A DNA stretch of 61,509 nt, filler included, from Globobulimina sp. (taxonomy: Eukaryota), in assembly GCA_003354225.1 (NCBI GenBank). It is 13 parts of 13 records of this genome, joined end to end, with 100 filler letters (N's around TTAATTAATTAA, not from the genome) between each part and the next. Parts side by side here need not be neighbours in the genome. Positions count along the whole stretch, not along the records: positions 47,409 to 52,042 come from PIVH01001044.1; positions 52,143 to 56,776 come from PIVH01001045.1; positions 56,877 to 61,509 come from PIVH01001046.1; 10 more parts are not named here. The stretch is one strand, 5' to 3'. Below are positions 47,831 to 61,449 of the stretch, piece after piece. The notes beneath the pieces are model-generated. The model made no database searches. It was not told the origin of the DNA and worked only from the letters and a program-made list of their open reading frames with translations. The position numbers and the translations under genes were made by a program. Every line of letters begins with the position of its first letter. The stretch's first letter is position 1.

Positions 47831-50800
47831 ATGGCAGATAGTTCAGACGCAACGGATTTAGAGGCAACAGTAACTGATACAACAGAAACAATTCCTTCTG
47901 CAGATTCAAATTATGTATCATCCATTAAAACAGAAGAAGAGGTTAAACATGAAAATATGCCAACATATTCTACATCAAAACCACGAAGCAATAATAAGAA
48001 TAAGTTGAATACTTTAGACGTGGATAACAGACGTAAATCACCATCGCCATCACCAGGCTCATTCAATTCATCGCAAGAATCCTATCATCGAATAACAAAT
48101 AAGAAAGAGGCAAATAATATTCAGTTAAAAAAGGTATTAGACAGTAAACCAATACTTTTAAGTGGCCAACACGAACAACCCGGCGCCTCCATCATTGCTC
48201 AGATATCTTCAGACATATATTTTGACGGCAATTGGAATCGTGGTAGTTACGATATCGACGATGAGAATGAAGAATATAAATCAAAGCAGGACCTTCAGTT
48301 ACAATTTTATCGGCCATTGACAGTATTTGGTGATGATGAAATGTTTGAATTTATCGACTTACAAAAGAAAGAGAACCGAGAACAGGGCACTTTTTATTCG
48401 CCACTGCAATTCATCAATACACCGTATCCATTGCCATCACAACGGTTAAAAAGATTATTATATCCATTCAAGTCATTTAAACACATTGAACAACAAAATC
48501 CCAATTTTAAGAAGCAATTAGAACAGGTAAACAATGATGAAATGGAATATTACGGCCGCATTCGTAATAAAGCCACCAAATTAAAGAATTTATATACGCA
48601 AATTACTGGATATCAAACCAATGATAATACATCGAGTGAGATACACCAACAAAAGAAGGAGTTTTGGCACAAAATACGGCATGAATTGAATGAACAGAAT
48701 GTAGGCGTTGTCTCTGAACATAATATTCCGCCGTGGATTATGAAGGGATGGTACGGTGACTGCGCCTTGGCACGCAATAGAAATCTACGAATGCCACAGT
48801 ACAAAGCAAAAACATTCCAATCATTTTATCCACGCACGGCGAGATGGGATCGCATTTTGCGAGGTTGCTATGAGTTGGATTGGAATGATGAAGACGTGAT
48901 TATGGATATTATTAATTATGATTCGAATTTATACTCAACACCTTTGGAGGTGATATTGTCGTTACGCAGAGAGAAATTATTCGATTCCTCCTCGAGCTCT
49001 GGCAATGGCAATAAGCCATGGACACAGTTTAAACCCTTTGCACGCGATCCTTTTATCCATATCTATGATTTCTATAATGTGAGCCACAAAACCTTGGCCA
49101 TTCCCAATAGTATTTACAATCGCTTGCGTGATCTCTATTGGACCTTACACTCAATGTGGTATATTGGCAGTCGTTTTGATTGCGACGGCTGTTTACGAGT
49201 ACCGGCTTTATGTAATCCCATTGAATGGCAATATGTGGTCGCACTTAAATTAATATGGGATGGCATAAAATTAGTGGGATATATCGGTAAATTGCATGCC
49301 TGTTCGTTGAAACATTGTGGTATAAAAGACGCTGCGCAAAAAACGATGCAATTCTTGAAAAAAGTAACCTTTGCTTTCGATTTTAATGAGAAACAAATCT
49401 ATGATTTTCGATATTTATTATATTTATTACGCCATACGCTATTTAATCAATTATTTCATTGTTTGAGTAAACATGGCGGTAAGTATCAAATAAAAGTATT
49501 TGCAAAACAGAAAAAAGAGCAAAAATATGGCATAGAAATGGCGCATGACGAAGAGTATAGATTTATTTTGGATTATTTTCGTTTCTTAGTGATCAGTAAT
49601 AATATGTATGAGTTTTTTAGCCCGCAGGCAATGGGCAGATTATGGCAATATATATGTGGCACATTTGAGGAATTACGCATGATTTACCCGGAAATATCAG
49701 TCAATACCATCGAGAATGAGTATCAAGACTTATTGGAGACTCATCGCCATTTATCGGTCACCAAAACTATGACTGCCAAATCATATCAATATTATATGGG
49801 CAATAAATATTATACTAACAAAGAGAAGAATATATGGCAAGATGCACGGGGTGTTATTAAACAATATTGCATCAAAAATACATTGTTTCCCGTACCAAAC
49901 GTATTTGAATGTGTCTATGATTCGCATAATATCAGGAATGAGGCCAATCCATTTTTAGTCAGTATTAAAGACCTAACTTCGATGGACAATAAAAACTATA
50001 AAAAAGAGAGATTAAAAAAATTTCTCACTGGTTTTGTGATGAATTTATTAGAAGTACCAAACGCATTTTATTTGACTGAAATAAAATATCCATTTTTATG
50101 CAATTTGATCCGTGCTTGCATTAAATATGAATTGCCCGAATTTGCTCAATTATTATTGAACCATTCCGTCACATCCTCCATACAAACATTCCAATACAAT
50201 AATAATGACACTAATAATATCTATAAATCAAATGTTGAGTATCATAATTTAAATAAATCACAAAAACGATATTTAGAAACCCGATTTACATGGCCCTATA
50301 TATTATTTATTGAGTATTTATCATTTAATCCACGACAGTTTCATCGCGAACATTTATGTCATATTATTGAAGAAACCAATCATTTTAAGCAATGTATACG
50401 GAATGAAAAACAAAATTATACACAAAAATCACAACGAAAGATCTTATCTTATTCCAATCGCATCAAATTACAAAAACAAAAGTTTGATGCTTGGCAACAA
50501 GCCGCGGAGAATGACACCATTCCGTATTATCCATTTGCGGTATTATTGCGATTTACAATTTGCGAGCGAACCAATGCGCAAATTGATGAAGACGATGAAT
50601 TAAAACAAGAAGGGTCGGATTTTACCATTACAAAATCAGTGATCACTGCCCTTCAAACTATACTTAAATTCCCTCAGTTTGCCACTCGAATATTAATCAA
50701 TACCTATAATTTAAAAGCATTAATCAATAATTTAACCTATAATGAGTTTAAGAATGTATATTCTGCCATCTTCAAATATAACAGCAAATATCAGGAACAC

Positions 50801-52042
50801 CCTCAAATGTATGAAACATTTAAGAAACAATGGATGGAATACGCCAAACAAATTAAATCATTGTTAGATATTTACCACGAACCGCAGCATAAGTTACACC
50901 GCGAGCTGGTATGGCTAGGTTTCTATCAATACCATCAGACACACTGTCAAGCACAGGACAAAAAAGACCAACTATTTAATTATTATACGAGCACACATTT
51001 GCAAAGCATGCAAGAGAAACATAAGTTGGATATTAAGCAACAAGAAAGCAGCTTTATTAACGATGTTATTATTATGTTCAAACAATTTGGATATTCTGAT
51101 GATGCACAGCATCGATTTTATGGTAATTATTATCGGGACTTTGTGGAGAGAGAAGAAGGAAATGAGTCCGATCAACACGAAGAGGACGAAGAGGACGAAG
51201 ATGAAGAGGAAGAGGAAGAGGAAGAGGAAGAAGAAGAGGCCAAAGAAATTGAAAACGAAGAAAACGAAGAAGAAGAAGAAGATAATTCATTGGTGGATAC
51301 CTCAGACGATGACGATGAGGAATCAGACGAAGAGGAGGAATCGGACGAAGACGATGATGAATCGGAACAAGAACACGAAGATGAAACAGAAGAGGAAGAA
51401 GTTAAACCGTCGCATCGTAGAATGGACACAGAGACTGAAGAAAGAAAACAATTCGCGCAACAATTTGATATCGAAGAAGAAGAGAATTCTGCAGATAACA
51501 ATCCATTTGCACATCGTAATGACGATAGCGATGAAGAAGACATTCATTTAGAAAGGAAGAAAAGTTTAAATATTGACAAAGCGGACGATTTGGATGATTT
51601 TGTTGACTATGAATCGGATAATAAGTCTGAGGAGAAAGCAGAGACTAAAAAAATAGAATCAAAAGCCAGAGGTTCTAATGAATATAATGCCGAAGATGTG
51701 GAACAATTTAAAAAAAGTCCAGCCGAATCGCCATTGTTAACCAATATCAATGAAGAAGAAGATATTGCTCTTCACGATGAATATGCTATTGATGATCATG
51801 AGAATGATGATGATGATGGTCAACAAAATAAGCAGCAGCAATATAATAATGGAGACAATGGAGATGGAGATGGAGATAATAACAATGATAATACAGATGA
51901 TGATGATGGTGGTATAGGACAAAATCCATTTGGTGGCGCTGCTGGAGGCGATGATGATGATAATGACGATGAGAAAAAGAAAAAAAGCGATATGAATGAT
52001 GGTGATGGTGATGCTGATGAAGAGGAAGAGGAAGAGGAGGAA
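47831..52042 (+). CDS. Large hypothetical protein with very acidic (E/D) C-terminal tail, 3' truncated
   Basis: Uninterrupted ORF of about 1400 aa, likely start ATG 47831 (MADSSDA). No domain recognised. Confidence 0.75.
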
Positions 52043-52382
52043 NNNNNNNNNNNNNNNNNNNNNNNNNNNNNNNNNNNNNNNNNNNNTTAATTAATTAANN
52101 NNNNNNNNNNNNNNNNNNNNNNNNNNNNNNNNNNNNNNNNNNGTTTATCATGTCCTTTTACATATAAATACGTTGATATAATTCAGTATTTATTCGTTTA
52201 GTCTGTTAAATATTGATTGTAGACGGATAAAATCAACTTTCTTTTCGATTTTACTTTCTTTTCACTTAAATGCACTAACTCTATTAAAAACATTGCATGT
52301 TGCTCCTATATGCTATATATTACGTGTTAACACTAATAAGTAATTATAATAAAACCTATATCATAATTAATTATAATTATCT

Positions 52383-53154
52383 TCATTTATGATTCTTTTT
52401 TCTCCAATTTCGTTTACTGCCCCTTCTACCATTCGGATATCTTAATCGTGAGCCTCTTTTCCCAGCTTTCCTAACCTTAGAAATAATTGGTTTTGTCTCT
52501 GGAATACATGGCATTAAATCTTCATTATTTTTGTTATCTGCGCCTACACCAATTTGCATTTTCAATTTCAAAGATCCATTTTTAATTTTTTTAATTGCAT
52601 TCGGTGGGAATCTAGTTCGGATTTTAGGAGTTTGATCAAATACTTTTGGTTTACTTTTATTATTGTTATCCCCTTGGAATTTAGGTTGGATTTTGGCGAT
52701 CTCCGCCCACGAGAATGGCACTCGCGACCCAACAGAGCTAATACTTTCATTTGGGTGGTTTGGAATATTTTTAGTGGTAGAAATTTTTGGTTGGCTCGGG
52801 GTTGAATTCGTTAATTGAATGACAGGTAAATCAATTAAATAATAACCGTTATCAGAATTAGTATCAGCCACAACGTTCACGTTTACAGTCATTACACTGA
52901 ATATGTTGAGTGCTGTTGAAATCGATGTGGTTTATATTGTGGATTTTTGGAAGGCATTTTTTGTATGGAAACATACATTGTTTTGTAAGTGAGTTTGATC
53001 GATTGGATGGGACAGATATTTCAGACCAGCCATCAATGGAATGAACAGAGCCAGTTTTCTTGTTATTGGGTGAGATTACAATGAATGGGTGTTCCGATTC
53101 TGTCATTGTTACGCTACGTCTATATATTCTGGTATGGTGTATATCATTGTTCAT
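52383..53154 (-). CDS. Hypothetical low-complexity protein (two overlapping ORFs, possible frameshift near 52890)
   Basis: Adjacent same-strand ORFs 52864-53154 and 52383-52892. Confidence 0.3.
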
Positions 53155-53880
53155 TGATTATGTAGTCATGTGTCGGATATTTAAAAATTGAAGATATCAT
53201 AATCAATAATGATTATCGGTTAATTGGTAGCTGTTTGTTATGTAAAGGTATGAATGATAATGAATATGATATACATACAAAGCAGGGAAGTAATTTGGAA
53301 AAAAGTTTGGTTATTCGTCAACGTGAAAATAAACTGGAAGGATGCAAAAATATCGAATTTTAAACAAACAACTCAAATAAATGTTTTTGTCACAGTATAC
53401 CAAATACCTTTAAATTATGCGCTGACGGAGATTTATGCGCTTGTCGGACTTGTGTAAAATATATATTGCAATTCTCAAGAGTTTATTGATTTGCATAGAA
53501 AAAGCATTTACCACAAGAGAAATATTGCAGACTTGCACAGGTGACTGGTGATCGACCAACATTGAATAACTCCAAAAGTTGAACTCCGATCACCACAATG
53601 AAAATTAGCTCAATAGTTGTGTTTGCAGTGTAGGGACAATTGATTTCTTAATTGAATCCAAATGTTATGACAACCTTCAAAAGAGTTTGAAAATCAGCAT
53701 GAAATTAAATAATTATTATACATTTGAAAACTTAATTATAGAATCATGGGAGAGTGCACTTCCTGATTCTTTTGAGTTGCTTGAAGTCGAACCTCTGTGC
53801 AACGGATGCACCGAGTATGGAATTAGATTTTTCGTTTTTTTGTTATATAAAGCAAAAATGCCTACTAAATGACATATTAA

Positions 53881-55527
53881 TTAATGTGGTATATTTTGTA
53901 TGATAAGATCAACAAAATCATCAATTCCAACAACTTTTACTTTATCATCCAATAAATCAATACATTTTGACACATTTTGCATTGATTGCGACCAAACATG
54001 AACAGGAATCAATGAATATCCATCAGTTTTGGTTGGATCCACCGGATAAGAATTTAATTTTTGTGCGATTTGTGTATATGTATTATGTCCAGACCACATC
54101 GCATCTTTGCCAGTAATTATCGGATACTTTTTATAAAAAAATATTTTACCACGTCCACCACAATACGCATCACCAAAATAATATATTATTGATTTTATTT
54201 TATCATTGCTATTATCCAGCATTACATTGATATTTGTATTATATCCGTTGCTATTTCTATTATCATCAATAACATTCACGTTCTGCAATATACTGTCACT
54301 TAATGCTATGGAAGTTGCTGTATTCACAGCAAATGATTTAACATCATTACATTGTGCAATAATCTCATATCCAAATCCCGATGGTCCCATGGCATACGAA
54401 TCATTACTTGTAGCATTGTCAATAATTTTATTATAAACAGTCGCTGCCAATTCTTGCACAGAGCCAGATACAGTCCATGCCACAGGAAATCCACCACGCA
54501 AATTGGAACCGTACCATTGCGGATTAAAAAAACTGTTCTGAAGCCATTGTAAATTGTCACCATCAGTGAATAAAAATGTTGCATAATGATATTGCTCTGC
54601 AGTTGGCACACTTGATGGCTTTATCTGTGGCAAAGTTGATTTTCTTAATTGGTTATCAACAATGCTCTGTTTCTGTGATAACCAAAGAAAATTAACTTTG
54701 CTGTGTGGTTTTGTGCTGTTTAATAAATAAAACTGTGATAAATTCTCACTCCAATCGGATGCAACAACAGATATATTGTATTTGGATGAAGTGCCAACTA
54801 AGTCACCCTCGGAATTACCCCATCCTAATAAACGAACTTTATTTGAAACAGATAATTTATTAAATATAGTACTCACTGTTGCTGTGTTCATATTATTGTC
54901 GTAAAATATAAATGATTTGGAAGCGATTGCAAAGTCTGATAAATATTGATACTTTGAAAGGTCTTGGAATATAATAAAATCATTAATATTTCCATTAACA
55001 GATAGAAATTCGTCAAATATGGATAAATAAGTTGAATTCTTCTCCATTGTGAAATCTCTTAATAATTTTAAATTTAATGGTGATGCTTTCAACGCATTTT
55101 CTGTTGCATCATCTGTTGCTATTAATGCATTGTAATGGAATGCTAATGATAGCGCAAAATGTAATGATTGATCATTGACTTTGGCTTTTAAATAACCCTC
55201 GATTTTAAATGCAGGATTTTGTGCTAATAAATAATTTGTTAACGATATTACACCATTTAATGTTTGAAATGAATTGTTATACATAATATTATCACCATAT
55301 TGTTGTTTTATATTATTTAACCAAAACGTACTTTCATCCCAACCGTTGATTTCCATCCACAATGATGCTGAATGTCTTTGATAGGCATATAGACCGGCAA
55401 TGGTCTCACTTAATAATACCTGACTACCAGAAAGATCATTGCAATTTATCGTGTACAAGGTTATAGGGACACTGTTGCCAATATACATAAGCAACTCCAA
55501 AGCAACTAAACATGAAAACGAAACCAT
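53881..55527 (-). CDS. Secreted GxGYxYP-family putative glycoside hydrolase
   Basis: Signal peptide, 'LLGWG.SEGDLV..SSKY..VVASDW..NLS', 'ATFLFTDGDNLQW', 'GPSGFGY' and 'GYSLIPVHVWS'. Confidence 0.8.
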   Translation of the reverse strand: MVSFSCLVALELLMYIGNSVPITLYTINCNDLSGSQVLLSETIAGLYAYQRHSASLWMEINGWDESTFWLNNIKQQYGDNIMYNNSFQTLNGVISLTNYLLAQNPAFKIEGYLKAKVNDQSLHFALSLAFHYNALIATDDATENALKASPLNLKLLRDFTMEKNSTYLSIFDEFLSVNGNINDFIIFQDLSKYQYLSDFAIASKSFIFYDNNMNTATVSTIFNKLSVSNKVRLLGWGNSEGDLVGTSSKYNISVVASDWSENLSQFYLLNSTKPHSKVNFLWLSQKQSIVDNQLRKSTLPQIKPSSVPTAEQYHYATFLFTDGDNLQWLQNSFFNPQWYGSNLRGGFPVAWTVSGSVQELAATVYNKIIDNATSNDSYAMGPSGFGYEIIAQCNDVKSFAVNTATSIALSDSILQNVNVIDDNRNSNGYNTNINVMLDNSNDKIKSIIYYFGDAYCGGRGKIFFYKKYPIITGKDAMWSGHNTYTQIAQKLNSYPVDPTKTDGYSLIPVHVWSQSMQNVSKCIDLLDDKVKVVGIDDFVDLIIQNIPH

Positions 55528-55649
55528 TATTTCCCTAAAGTGTGTAGCAAGTTTTTGAGTTTTTAAAACGAAATAAAATGAAATCGCAGACACAAACAAT
55601 AATTAATTTGTAGGTTCTGCGAAAAAGAGTTACAACCAAACAACAATGA

Positions 55650-56776
55650 TCATTTTTTCCTGGATTTTATATTTAAAATCTTGCATTTCTTTTTTTTCAC
55701 ACAATAACAGCAGGCATAGGAAGGTATATGATCCATCATAAAAGCAACCAATTCATGTCCTTTATGGCATTGTCGCATACACGGCCCACAAACCCAATTA
55801 AATCTGCATGTTTTGCACCGATAATAATCACATTTCTCATTCTTTTCCTTGGCATAATTATATGTAAAACATGGTCGCGGCGTTTCCGACTTTAATACAA
55901 AACCAGTCAACACATGAATTTGTGTCGAATGCCGCATATTTAATTCACTCAAACAAACCTCCATATTTTTGATAATCTCCAATGGTTTGTCTTCATTCCT
56001 TGCCGCAAACGGTCGCAATAAACCAATTTCAATTTCATTCCCTTCGAATCTATCAATCGGATCGCCCAAATCTAAGAATTTCTGCTTAATGATATGTAAC
56101 ACCACACCGATATGATCGGTCATATTTAGCTTCAAATCCCAAAATTGCGGCCTTTGCTTCAATCGAATTGTCACAGAAACCGGCAATAAAAATGGCGACG
56201 GACCCGTTTTTTTCATGTATTCTTCATACGAATCAAATAATAATTTACAGGATTTGGACACTCGTTTTTCTAATAATTGATGTTCCGCATAAAAAGCAGA
56301 TAAATATGATTCAATTTCGTTGAAATCCGATTCAGAAACACTTAATTCCGCGGACTTTGTTTTTATAAATGCTGAGAAAATTGTGATTGTTTTTTTTAAA
56401 TCTATAAAATCAACGTAAAATATATTGGAAAATAATTCACAAATTTTGGTGTTTAAAGCATTGTCTCCGCCTTCAATTTGCATGTCGTTGTTATTGTCAT
56501 TCATTTTAATATCATCATCGCCTTTTTCATAGTGTTTTTTTATGTTATTTTGCATCATTTGTATGGCTGGTATTAAAATTGCTAATTTATTTATTAATTT
56601 ATCCTGTAATTTTAATTCGTTTTTGTTATTATCTCGCAACATTTCTTGATAATAATTTTCATATTTTATTAATGTCTCTGAGGTGTATTTTGTAAAGATT
56701 TCAGCGATCGGACTTTTTCTGGTGATTTTTGGGGCGTTTTTCATGGATTCTTGAATGGTTTCTGTTTTTTCAGGGG
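55650..56776 (-). CDS. Protein with ubiquitin-like domain and C-terminal UBR-box-like zinc finger (5' probably truncated)
   Basis: 'CFTY...YYRCKTC..NWVCGPCMRQCHKGHEL...CCYC'. Confidence 0.7.
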
Positions 56777-56876
56777 NNNNNNNNNNNNNNNNNNNNNNNN
56801 NNNNNNNNNNNNNNNNNNNNTTAATTAATTAANNNNNNNNNNNNNNNNNNNNNNNNNNNNNNNNNNNNNNNNNNNN

Positions 56877-58211
56877 AACATTAAATGAAGATCTTCTTCG
56901 AGTCAGTGAATCATGTTTAAATTTCAATGCTGAACTAAATTTTCAAGAAGCAAATTCAGCAAATTATTCAAAATATTTATTCAATAAAACCGATAATGAC
57001 ATACTATTTCCATTGTTCTCATCGTATCCTATTTTTCAAACATATCCAAATTTAACATGTGAAGATCTCGGAGCGAGCTGTTATTTACTATTATTTGATG
57101 AATATAAATCGATTTCATTTCATCTTTCAACTTTAAATCCAAATCAAACTCTCGGCATTGATGATAATGGCACTATGGATATATTACAAAAATATCACAT
57201 TAGTTTAGAAGAATTGGGACGTTTTAATAGTTATAAACCATATACCTCTGATGCACAAAATATTGGATTCGAGCTCTTTAATGAAATTGTTAACCATTTG
57301 GGTATGTAATTATATGTTCAGTACAAGAGAAACACTTCGTTTTTCAATTTAGAAACGGTTTGACAGATTGCAGTGTGGTCAATTTGCTGTCCGGTGTGCC
57401 TTGCTCCAATGCAAATGATCAAGTTTTTGAGCAAGGCTGTGATGCTGGCTTTTGTGGTTTAGTTTTATACTCAGGACATGACTCAACATTACGTTCATTA
57501 GCGCATCAAATGGGAATTTTAACACAATTTAACGAGTTTAATGCAGTGCCGTATGGAGCGTCAATTTGTTTTGATTCCTATCGCGAAGATGATAACAGAC
57601 AAACTGTTGATATTTTGTATGGATATCCTATAAAAGATGAAAATGAAGAATTTGGATATTATTATCAACAAGAAATTATTTCAGATTTTGTATTCTCAGA
57701 ATTGAGTGAGATTATTAATTATAGAAATAATCGAATACCAACAAATAATGGTTGTTGTAATATCGAAGGACATTCAAAACAATATTTTGATGCCGTTGGT
57801 TGCGATAATTTTGAATTAACAACAGATGAAATCACTGAAATGAATGGAGGATACGATACATGTTCAGGATACAGACAATTATGCCCAGCCACAGCATGCG
57901 GAAATATTGACAATGGATTGGTTTATGCACCATCGGTACAAAAATGTGTTGCTATGCAACAAGTTGTTATTTTTGAGTTTAACACCACAGAAATAGGTAT
58001 TTATGATAACGATAAAAGAGACTGTGATACAGATGAGGGTCAATGGTATATTATTGGTTTACTGTTTATTATCTTATTTGCAATTTCTCTGCTTATCATG
58101 CTTTATTTTGGATATATGTTATACTGTAAACCACAATTAAAATTAAAAGGAAAAGGTGACTTTGAAAACGTTAAACAAACAGAAGATGTTGAATTACATG
58201 AAACCATTTAA
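56877..58211 (+). CDS. Histidine acid phosphatase C-terminal part with TM anchor; intron about 57302-57352 (exact donor unclear)
   Basis: 'LYSGHDSTL..L...G......PYGASICF' HD motif and a C-terminal TM helix. Confidence 0.7.
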
Positions 58212-58352
58212 ATGTGTGATTATGTTAGTTTTTGTTGTGAGTATTTTTGTTCAGGAAATTGTTGTTCTGTTATTTGTTGAGATACTTCTTATAATTTGTG
58301 CAAGGATATAATCTTTTTTTTTACTAAAGGTGCTAAAGTTTTATCAAATATA

Positions 58353-60158
58353 ATGATGGAAAATTCAAAAAAGAATAAATGGTTTGATCAATATATTCAT
58401 AAAAGATTTAAAAATCAATCTTTTGGTTCTTTAAACCCTAAAATAAGAGCACGATTCTCAAAGCATACACGATGCACAAATTCAACAAAAACAAATAGTG
58501 TGTTAATATGGAAAAGCAGACATTGCCTCAGATGTATTCACAGGCGTAAAAAGATGAAATTATATAAATATTCATGTCTGTATCCTGACATTTATTCGCT
58601 AGATGAAAATGATGTTTCCGTTTGGATTGAATGTGAAAAATGCACGTATTTAAATACTGGAAATGCAGAAAAGTGTTCAATATGTAATAATATGTTGACT
58701 TATCGCAAACATATAACGTCAAACTATAACAATGTTGACATCAAATATCTATTAAAAAGGCCACATAAAAAACGCAAACGAAAGTTAACAAGAAAAAAAA
58801 ATAATGTTAACTACAATTTTGAGAAATATTGGAATGAAATGAAACAACATCATTATGAATGTGAAATATTAGCAATCCGAAGAAAAAAACGCCTACAAAA
58901 AAGAAATAAATATACATTATCAAATGGCAAATTTAATAAAATGTTAAAATTTAAAATTTGTGTTGGAAGCGCTGAATATAAATACAATTACTATTGGAAT
59001 TACAATGATATTCGAATAACTACAAACAAATCATTTATATATAAGCAAGAAATACATCTCAATAAAACTATGAAATTAATAATTATGTATTTAGCATTGA
59101 AAGACAGCCATCAATTTTGTAACAATTCAATATCAAATATATTGACAATGAATTTTTGTTTTGATACATACGGCATTCTGAAACAGCATAAATTATTAGG
59201 CATTGCACAGAAAACATTGCACCATTTAAATCTTGAGCATATACCACAGAAATTTATCAAACAGTTTGTTTCCAAACAGTCAACAAATATCGATGAATAT
59301 ATCAGGAACAATATGGACAGGGACATTGTAGAAGAAATAAAGTATCATAAAACATTACGTTTTGATATTATAATTACTTTGCAACAATGCACAGAATATA
59401 AATATTTGCAGAGTAACATAGCAATGGCTGGGAGCAAAGATGCTGTTTTGATGGGAGTTCCTATGAAATTGAAAAATTTTACATTGCATCAATGTTCTGT
59501 AGCAATATATGACAATGATATGAAACATGATAAAGTATATAATTTTATATGCGATGATGAAGACATTTATATACCAATATATTCGTGTCCATATGACTCA
59601 ATCTATGCAGCTGATTCATATCCGCAAACATATGGACTGTTAAAAAATTATCCGTTAAAGAAAGCAGTGACGAAATGTATAATGGCATGCTTTGCAAAGA
59701 ATACATTTGACTGTGATGTACGTAATATGATTGTGGATAATTTTAGTTTTAGTGAATGTCATGAGCCATATTTTAATTTATTGCCTTTGTCATTTAAGTT
59801 ATCGAGGTTGTTGTTGGGGTTTTTGCCGATTCGACATGTTGTAAAAAGGATATTGCTGCCATATGTTGGATATAATACAATGCACTATATTTCAATGGAA
59901 AGTTGTGTGCATTTTGAAAGTGAGAAGAAAGAAATTGGATACGTTGAGCAACAAATGTTTGAGGATAGAATGAGTTGCTGGCCATTACATGTTAAAAAAC
60001 CGCATATTTTACAGAAAAATGGTAAGGATAATGATATAGTTGTATTGGCAATTAATGGCCATGAATATGTTGATGAGTCTGATACTGATGATTTAATGTC
60101 ATCAGACTCCAATGATACTTCTGTTTTTGTTGACTTGTTTGGGGATGATTCCGATTAA
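58353..60158 (+). CDS. Hypothetical protein with RanBP2-type zinc finger
   Basis: 'WIECEKCTYLN......CSICN' and basic NLS-like tracts. Confidence 0.6.
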   Translation: MMENSKKNKWFDQYIHKRFKNQSFGSLNPKIRARFSKHTRCTNSTKTNSVLIWKSRHCLRCIHRRKKMKLYKYSCLYPDIYSLDENDVSVWIECEKCTYLNTGNAEKCSICNNMLTYRKHITSNYNNVDIKYLLKRPHKKRKRKLTRKKNNVNYNFEKYWNEMKQHHYECEILAIRRKKRLQKRNKYTLSNGKFNKMLKFKICVGSAEYKYNYYWNYNDIRITTNKSFIYKQEIHLNKTMKLIIMYLALKDSHQFCNNSISNILTMNFCFDTYGILKQHKLLGIAQKTLHHLNLEHIPQKFIKQFVSKQSTNIDEYIRNNMDRDIVEEIKYHKTLRFDIIITLQQCTEYKYLQSNIAMAGSKDAVLMGVPMKLKNFTLHQCSVAIYDNDMKHDKVYNFICDDEDIYIPIYSCPYDSIYAADSYPQTYGLLKNYPLKKAVTKCIMACFAKNTFDCDVRNMIVDNFSFSECHEPYFNLLPLSFKLSRLLLGFLPIRHVVKRILLPYVGYNTMHYISMESCVHFESEKKEIGYVEQQMFEDRMSCWPLHVKKPHILQKNGKDNDIVVLAINGHEYVDESDTDDLMSSDSNDTSVFVDLFGDDSD

Positions 60159-60315
60159 TTTTTGACTAAATTGTGCATGTAAATAGACCGTTTTTTGAAA
60201 AAAAGGGAGTAAATTAAATTAAAGTTCGCACAAAAAAACGAAAAAGAAAATGGCAAGTTGTTCAATGCCAAGTTCCAAAAATGAAATCCAAGATTGTTTA
60301 TATGATTTCCAATTA

Positions 60316-61449
60316 TTAAAGACCATAAATAGAGGCTTCCGCAATATTAGTATGCGTCCCCTGTTCAACATAATGTAAATTAAAGTAATCCGCAAACAAG
60401 TCATTCATTAAATAATCTATAATATCATTTTCATCATTTGTTAATTCATCATTTGCCCATTTAATATTTTTTTCTAGATTCTCGACACTGCTGCAACCCA
60501 CCAATACGTTACCAATCACATCTTTCAACGTATTGTGCGTATATAATAAGGCAAGCCGTGTCAGTGCATCATTTTCAATATATTCACATCTTTTATTTGC
60601 ATACAATTCTTCTACTTTTTTAACACCAAATTGACATAAATCCTGCAACTCTTTCGATGAATTATGCCAATGCGGAACACCGCGCTTCGTCAATAAGCCC
60701 ATAAATGTCACACCGCCTTGCATCACTCCAATGTTGTGCTTCTTTATCCGATGTATGTAATGCAACAATGTATCATCCAACAAACCATATTGGTCATAGG
60801 TTAGGAATGTATCAATCTTATCATAGCCATAATTTCTGGCCACATAATCCAACACAACCAATGGCCGCCCACTCAAACCAATGTGTCTTATCTTTCCGTT
60901 TGCTTTCAATTCCTCCAAACATGGCAATGTTTCCTCCCATATTTGTTTCAAACCGCCTCTGTTCGTCGGCGCAAACTCTGTGTCGTGGATGGATAATATA
61001 TCGATGTAATCCGTTTTTAAGCCTTAAAAAAATAAAATAATGTATATGTTATAAAAAAACAGAGTGGAATTTAAAACACTAAAACGATTTAATGATTCTT
61101 CTATGGATTGAAGCGTTCGTTTATATGAAAAATCAAATTCATTCGCAGCATAACGACCAGTTTTTGTGCATAATACATATGAGTCGCGGGGGTGTGTTTT
61201 ATCTTTGTCTAATTCATACAATGCATTACCGGTATTTGTTTCTGCTTTGGTTAAACCATAAAACGGTGATACATCTAATAGGTTTATACCATTTTCGAGA
61301 CCGGTTTTTACAATGTTCATACATGTCTCATCTGATACTTCGCGGTATACACTGCCCAATGTTGAACAGCCTAAACCAATACTTGAGACACGCAGATTTG
61401 TTTTGCCTAAAGTACGGTATGCCATTTTTGATAGCAACGAAGAGGACAT
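60316..61449 (-). CDS. Aldo-keto reductase, L-galactose/D-arabinose dehydrogenase-like; intron 61023-61085
   Basis: 'YRTLGKTNLRVSSIGLG', 'DVSPFYG...AE', 'TKTGRY', spliced 'SLNRLKTDYIDILSIHD' and 'GKIRHIGLS'. Confidence 0.9.

Noticed and set aside
51172-52042. Antisense poly-Ser ORFs and GAA/GAT tandem repeats
   Set aside because: These are shadows of the acidic low-complexity tail on the plus strand. The same applies at 21680-22177.
7279-56776. Apparent cluster of ubiquitin/SUMO genes (SP-RING, F-box, OTU, UBC, UBR) as one system
   Set aside because: They lie on separate unlinked contigs. Only the contig-6 association is physical.
4647-56876. Regularly spaced TTAATTAATTAA repeat about every 4.7 kb as a biological repeat or array
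   Set aside because: It is always embedded in N44 flanks and is an artificial stop-in-all-frames linker.
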